64,000 nt of DNA, taken from the NCBI GenBank assembly GCA_903839695.1, contig CAIMDI010000010.1:6703-70702 (forward strand), written 5' to 3'. This stretch comes from Candidatus Tayloriibacteriota bacterium (GTDB lineage Bacteria; Patescibacteriota; Minisyncoccia; Phycocordibacterales; PALSA-1337). This document shows positions 59,060 through 64,000 of this stretch, one piece after another. Positions within the stretch are counted from its first letter, which is position 1; every line of letters begins with the position of its first letter. The notes below the pieces were generated by a model that was given only the letters and a program-made list of their open reading frames with translations, ran no database searches and was not told the origin of the DNA. The translations under genes and the position numbers were made by a program.

Positions 59060-59737
59060 TTACTTTTTATGCCAAACACCAATCCAAAAATTCCTTTTAA
59101 ATGAACGTCCATTGAACTTTGTATAATGAGTTTCTTTGTTTAAATACAATAATTCTCCAATATTTGAATATGTTGAAATAATATCTTCTTTTGAAAAGAC
59201 TCGCTCAATTAATCCAATTTCTGGCATTTTATATGTATCTTTTTCGACTCCAGGATTAGATTTTAATAATTTTTTTGCATTGGTATCTCCATCTTTACAT
59301 AAAGCACGAACAAATAAATAGCCATCGCTTTTCAATACGCGTTGTATTTCATTTAAGTAAATTATTCTTTCTGATTCAAAAAGGGAATTGGAAGAAGTGA
59401 CATCGAGTACTATATCAAAATATGAATCAGGAAATTTTAATGATTCTCCAATACTTTGTTTAATAAAATTACCTTGACCAACAAGGTCCTTGGCGTATTT
59501 TAATGCAGTTTCTGAAATATCGATACCAACTATTTCATTATCAAATCCTTGCTCCTTTATGTATAAGGAATTTTTGGCATTACCACAACCTAAATCAAGA
59601 ATTTTTATAGAAGAAAAATTATAATCAAAATTTTTGCGCAAATAACGCACAAAATCTTTTATTGAAGCAATAGGTTCTTTACTTAAACTAACAAGTTTTG
59701 GATTTTTGTACTCATTTTCCCAAACATTATTTTGCAT
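59060..59737 (-). CDS. class I SAM-dependent methyltransferase
   Basis: ILDLGCGNA, GIDIS, FDIV, RVLK..G. Confidence 0.9.
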   Translation of the reverse strand: MQNNVWENEYKNPKLVSLSKEPIASIKDFVRYLRKNFDYNFSSIKILDLGCGNAKNSLYIKEQGFDNEIVGIDISETALKYAKDLVGQGNFIKQSIGESLKFPDSYFDIVLDVTSSNSLFESERIIYLNEIQRVLKSDGYLFVRALCKDGDTNAKKLLKSNPGVEKDTYKMPEIGLIERVFSKEDIISTYSNIGELLYLNKETHYTKFNGRSFKRNFWIGVWHKK

Positions 59738-59834
59738 TCACTAACAGTAGCATATTGCATAAATATGAACAAAATTTTAGTTCAGATATATTTGTGGAAA
59801 TTATAATTACTTTTATGATATAATCATTTTACTT

Positions 59835-60473
59835 ATGATAATTACATATTTTGGAGGAGAATTCTTTAAAGTGCAGTTCGGTGACAAAACACTTGCTTTT
59901 AACCCCATTTCAAAGGAATCTAACCTAAAGCCTAGTCGTTTTGGTGCAGATATCGTCCTTTCTACTACTCATCACGTTGATTTCAATGGTATTGACCAAG
60001 TTAGCCATGGAGACAAAACCCCTTTCATAATAAGCGGTCCAGGCGAATACGAAGTAAAAGAAGTGTTTATAAAAGGATTACCATCAGAGTCAAAATACGG
60101 AGGTAAGGATTTGATTAACACTATATATACTGTTTCTTTGGAAAATATGAATATTTGTTTTCTTGGAGCTATAAACAATACAGAACTAAAGGCTGAAACC
60201 ATAGAAGCTTTAGATGAAATAGACATACTTTTTGTTCCTATTGGTGGTGATGGAGTATTGGATCCAGTTAAAGCATACAAATTAGCTATTTCTCTAGAAC
60301 CTAAAATTATTATTCCTATGCATTATGGAGATATTGGAAATAAAGATTCCTTAAAGACATTTTTGAAAGAAGCTGGAGAAAGTCCTAAGGCCGAATCAAA
60401 AATTACATTAAAAAAGAAGGATTTGGAAGGAAAAGAGGGGGATATCATGCTTCTTGATTCTTCAAAAGAGTAG
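59835..60473 (+). CDS. MBL-fold metallo-hydrolase (Lactamase_B_3-like, degenerate metal site)
   Basis: GPGEYEVK, DILFVPIGG, IIPMHY. Confidence 0.82.
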   Translation: MIITYFGGEFFKVQFGDKTLAFNPISKESNLKPSRFGADIVLSTTHHVDFNGIDQVSHGDKTPFIISGPGEYEVKEVFIKGLPSESKYGGKDLINTIYTVSLENMNICFLGAINNTELKAETIEALDEIDILFVPIGGDGVLDPVKAYKLAISLEPKIIIPMHYGDIGNKDSLKTFLKEAGESPKAESKITLKKKDLEGKEGDIMLLDSSKE

Positions 60474-60488
60474 TATAATTTAATTATC

Positions 60489-60809
60489 ATGAATTTAAAT
60501 AAACATATTGAAAATTTAAAAACAAAACCAGAACATATAAAAAAGCGTGTTGCTTTTTTGATTTCATTCTCATTTAGTTTTATGGTTTTTACAGGATGGA
60601 TAGTGTCTTCATATGGCATAAGTTCATCACCAACTCTTGCAAATAACACAGAAAATTCTGATGCAAATGCAACTCTTGTAGAAGCACCAGTGTCATCATT
60701 AACAGCATCAGCAGTAAATGCATGGACTGATATTAAAAAGATTATTTTTGGTTCATCAAATACCAACGCTTCCTCAAATAACCTTGAAATTAAGGGCGGA
60801 AGTAGATAA
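60489..60809 (+). CDS. hypothetical single-TM protein
   Basis: KPEHIKKRVAF + TM helix. Confidence 0.7.
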   Translation: MNLNKHIENLKTKPEHIKKRVAFLISFSFSFMVFTGWIVSSYGISSSPTLANNTENSDANATLVEAPVSSLTASAVNAWTDIKKIIFGSSNTNASSNNLEIKGGSR

Positions 60810-60888
60810 ATACATAGTGACAAAATCATATTTTTTTGCTACAATTACCATATAAATTATAAGAAATTACTAGAAAATCTAGAAAAAT

Positions 60889-63372
60889 ATGCCTAAAAAA
60901 CCAGTAGAATCTGATAAGAATAATAAGGAAGCAGAACCCAGAGATCCATCAAAGGGTATTGTTGCTAGAAACATAAGCACAGAAATGCGCGATTCTTATC
61001 TTGACTATGCCATGTCTGTTATTACTGCACGTGCTCTTCCTGATGTGCGTGATGGTTTAAAGCCCGTTCACAGAAGAATTCTGTATACATTACACGAACT
61101 AGGCCTTACTGCAGGAGCGAAAACTCGAAAGTCAGCAAAAATTGTTGGAGACGTAACAGGTAATTATCATCCACACGGAACTGTGGCTGTTTATGAGTCT
61201 ATGGTAAACATGGCTCAAGATTTTCGTATGCGTTACCCATTGGTTATTGGTCAAGGAAACTTCGGTTCTATAGACGGTGATAATGCTGCAGCAGACAGAT
61301 ATACCGAAGCAAAAATGTCTAGAATTGCACAAGAAACTCTTAGAGATATTGAAAAGGATACAGTGGATTTTCGACCAAACTACGAAGGCACAAGAAACGA
61401 GCCGACTGTATTACCTACAACCGTACCCAATCTACTATTAAATGGCACACTTGGTATTGCCGTTGGTATGGCAACAAATATTCCTCCCAATAATCTTTCA
61501 GAAGTTATAGATGCTACTGTTCATCTTATAGAAAATAAAGAAGCTACCACAAACGACCTACTCCAATTCATAAAGGGCCCAGATTTTCCTACTGGTGGGG
61601 TAATGTACGGTGAAAAAGACATTCACCACGCATATTCTACGGGTAGAGGTGGTATTTTGGTTCGAGGTGAGGCTGAGATTATTGAGGATAAAAAAGGACA
61701 ATTCCAAATAGTCATTACATCTATACCTTATCGCGTAAATAAAGCTGAATTGATTATGAGAATTGCAGATTTGGTAAGAGAAAAACTTGTAGAAGGTATA
61801 AAGGGTCTAAGAGACGAATCAGATAAGGAGCTCAGAATAGTAATAGACCTTAAAAATGGCGCATATCCCGAGAAAGTACTAAATTATATATACAAACACA
61901 CCCAATTAGAAGACACTTTCCATGTAAACATGGTTGCTCTTGTTCATGGTGTTCCACAAACTATTGCTCTTAAGACATTTTTGGAGGAATTTATTACTCA
62001 TAGAATTGAAGTTATTAGAAGAAGAACAAAATTTGATTTAAATAAGGCTGAGGACAGAGAACATATACTTATTGGTCTCAAGAAAGCATTGGATCATATC
62101 GATGAAATCATTTCTTTGATAAGAGCTTCAAAAGACGCTGTGGAAGCTCATGCCAATCTTATCAAAAAGTTTAAATTCTCAGACAAACAAGCAACAGCTA
62201 TTCTAGAAATGCGTTTACAAAAGCTTGCTGGCCTTGAAAGAAAGAAGGTAATAGAAGAATTAAAAGAAGTTCAAGAATTAATTGAAAAATTAAAGGAAAT
62301 TCTAGGAAGTGAAAAGAAAGTTAGGGGTATTATAAAGGACGAATTAGCTGAAATAAAGGCAAAATACGGCGATGAAAGAAGAACAAAGCTCGTAAGACAT
62401 ACTCTAAAGGATTTTAATCCTGAGGATCTTATTGCTGATGAGGAAAGTGTATTGGTTCTTACAAAAGGTGGTTACATAAAGCGTACAAATCCAGATGAAT
62501 ATAAACAACAAAAGAGAGGAGGTGTTGGTGTTGTAGATTTGGACACAAAAGAGGAGGATTTTATTACTCATCTTATTTATGCTAGTTCACATAACGATAT
62601 TCTATTTTTTACAGATAAAGGAAAAGCTTATCAAATAAAAATGTATGATATTCCAGAGGGAAAGCGAGCTACTCGTGGAAAATCTATAATGAATTTCCTT
62701 TCACTTTCTGAAAATGAAAAAATAACATCTATTTTGCCAATGCCAAAGGATAAAAAAGATGCTGAAGGTTTGGCTTTGATGATGGTTACAAAAAACGGCA
62801 CAGGTAAGAAGAGTTCAGCAAAGCATTTCCATGATGTTAGACGTTCAGGATTGATTGCTATTACTTTGGAGGATGGTGATGAGCTCATGTCCGCATCATT
62901 CGTTTCTAAAAACGACAATATAGTCATAGCCACAAGAGATGGTCAATCAATCAGATTTGAAGAAGGAGATGTAAGAGAAATGGGTAGAAACGCTACTGGT
63001 GTTCGTGTTATAAAATTAGGAAAAGACGATGCTGTTATTAGTGCAGATATAGTTTCAAAAAATGCAAAAAACCCATTATTATTCGTTATGGGTGAGCATG
63101 GTTATGGAAAGAAAACTAAACTTGAAGAATATAAAGTTCAAAATCGCGGTGGCTCAGGTATTCTTACTATGAATGTCACAGACAAAACTGGTCCACTTAT
63201 TTCTGCAAAAGTTGTTACAGAAGAAATAGAGGAAATGGTAGCAATGTCAAAGAAAAGTCAGGTAATAAGAGTGAATCTAAAAGAAATTCCAACACTCGGA
63301 AGATCAACTCAAGGTGTGAGAGTAATGAAATTAAGAGATGGGGATTCCTTGGCAAGCTTGATTTGTTTATAA
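60889..63372 (+). CDS. gyrA: DNA gyrase subunit A
   Basis: [25 protein letters not shown], GyrA box QKRGGVG, pinwheel repeats. Confidence 0.98.
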   Translation: MPKKPVESDKNNKEAEPRDPSKGIVARNISTEMRDSYLDYAMSVITARALPDVRDGLKPVHRRILYTLHELGLTAGAKTRKSAKIVGDVTGNYHPHGTVAVYESMVNMAQDFRMRYPLVIGQGNFGSIDGDNAAADRYTEAKMSRIAQETLRDIEKDTVDFRPNYEGTRNEPTVLPTTVPNLLLNGTLGIAVGMATNIPPNNLSEVIDATVHLIENKEATTNDLLQFIKGPDFPTGGVMYGEKDIHHAYSTGRGGILVRGEAEIIEDKKGQFQIVITSIPYRVNKAELIMRIADLVREKLVEGIKGLRDESDKELRIVIDLKNGAYPEKVLNYIYKHTQLEDTFHVNMVALVHGVPQTIALKTFLEEFITHRIEVIRRRTKFDLNKAEDREHILIGLKKALDHIDEIISLIRASKDAVEAHANLIKKFKFSDKQATAILEMRLQKLAGLERKKVIEELKEVQELIEKLKEILGSEKKVRGIIKDELAEIKAKYGDERRTKLVRHTLKDFNPEDLIADEESVLVLTKGGYIKRTNPDEYKQQKRGGVGVVDLDTKEEDFITHLIYASSHNDILFFTDKGKAYQIKMYDIPEGKRATRGKSIMNFLSLSENEKITSILPMPKDKKDAEGLALMMVTKNGTGKKSSAKHFHDVRRSGLIAITLEDGDELMSASFVSKNDNIVIATRDGQSIRFEEGDVREMGRNATGVRVIKLGKDDAVISADIVSKNAKNPLLFVMGEHGYGKKTKLEEYKVQNRGGSGILTMNVTDKTGPLISAKVVTEEIEEMVAMSKKSQVIRVNLKEIPTLGRSTQGVRVMKLRDGDSLASLICL

Positions 63373-63389
63373 TGTGTTATAATTAATTC

Positions 63390-63914
63390 ATGTTTTCTAA
63401 TCCACAAAAAAATATTGCAGAGTTTGGGATTACTGATGGTATGAAAGTTATTGATTTAGGATCTGGTACTGGATTCTATACTATTGAAGCTGCCAAAAAA
63501 GTTGGACCTGGTGGAAGAGTTTATGCTGTAGATGTTCAACAAGATTTATTAAATAAACTAAAGAACTCCGCTTCTTTGATTGGTCTTCATAATATTGAAA
63601 TTGTTTGGGGAAATATAGAAAAAATAGGAGGTACCAAATTACGTGAATCCATAGCTGATAGAGTTATTTTATCAAATACTCTATTTCAAATTGCAGTTGA
63701 AGATAGAGATAATCTTGCACTAGAAGTAAAACGTTTATTAAAAAGCGGTGGAAAACTTATGGTAATTGATTGGGAAGCAGGAACCCCTTTAAGCCCTAAA
63801 ATTGTGGTTTCCAAAATGCTTGCAGAAGGAATTTTTCAGAAAAATGGTTTTGTATTAGAAAAAAACTTCGATGCAGGTGATCATCATTATGGTATTATTT
63901 TTAAAAAATCATGA
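63390..63914 (+). CDS. class I SAM-dependent methyltransferase
   Basis: VIDLGSGTG, VYAVD, RLLKSGG, HHYG. Confidence 0.88.
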   Translation: MFSNPQKNIAEFGITDGMKVIDLGSGTGFYTIEAAKKVGPGGRVYAVDVQQDLLNKLKNSASLIGLHNIEIVWGNIEKIGGTKLRESIADRVILSNTLFQIAVEDRDNLALEVKRLLKSGGKLMVIDWEAGTPLSPKIVVSKMLAEGIFQKNGFVLEKNFDAGDHHYGIIFKKS

Positions 63915-64000
63915 GTAAATTTCAGATTATAGTAATGGGGATATTTATAGCTTGTTTGGTTGCTGGAGTTATTGCTTTTGCAACATTTAAAGGAAGTGGA
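63911..64000 (+). CDS. 5' part of an exported/membrane-anchored protein (runs off the window)
   Basis: ATGA overlap with the upstream stop; MSKFQIIVMGIFIACLVAGVIAFATFKGSG. Confidence 0.7.
   Translation, partial: MSKFQIIVMGIFIACLVAGVIAFATFKGSG

Noticed and set aside
1-64000. Reverse transcriptase/DGR/retron, integrase, transposase, CRISPR array, rRNA, or alternative genetic code (UGA=Gly)
   Set aside because: No diagnostic motifs seen; core genes are full length under code 11, and TGA appears to act as a stop (1937, 63914)

Overview
AT-rich bacterial chromosome segment, mostly housekeeping genes, with a gene complement typical of Patescibacteria/CPR (Parcubacteria-like; taxonomy inferred). 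Genes include rplY, rpmE, prfA, rpsB-tsf, tRNA-Thr(TGT), pheS/pheT, gyrB, thrS, dnaE (with a 426-aa LAGLIDADG intein), rnhB, rpmF, nusB, rnc, smc, rnr, rpsP, trmD, rpoBC, dnaG-rpoD, hisS, truB, rpsA and gyrA, with single accessory genes interspersed. The strongest candidate for an undescribed system is a pair of solitary, unrelated predicted RNase-toxin genes: PemK/MazF at 46375-46803 and a probable BECR/RelE-like protein at 57155-57544. Neither has a protein antitoxin. They share a 35-bp upstream promoter element (29/35 identical) built from 11-bp direct repeats. Each is followed by a convergent sigma70 promoter driving a short structured RNA that terminates over the toxin 3' end, suggesting a co-regulated toxin / RNA-antitoxin cassette. 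Other notable features: a GC-rich PEP-CTERM gene; an AAA-DUF4143 gene flanked by two synonymously diverged copies of the smc 5' end; pervasive leaderless-type promoters on core genes; structured leaders on rpoB and rpsA; and a hinge-less SMC. All calls were made by eye, and novelty has not been checked against databases.
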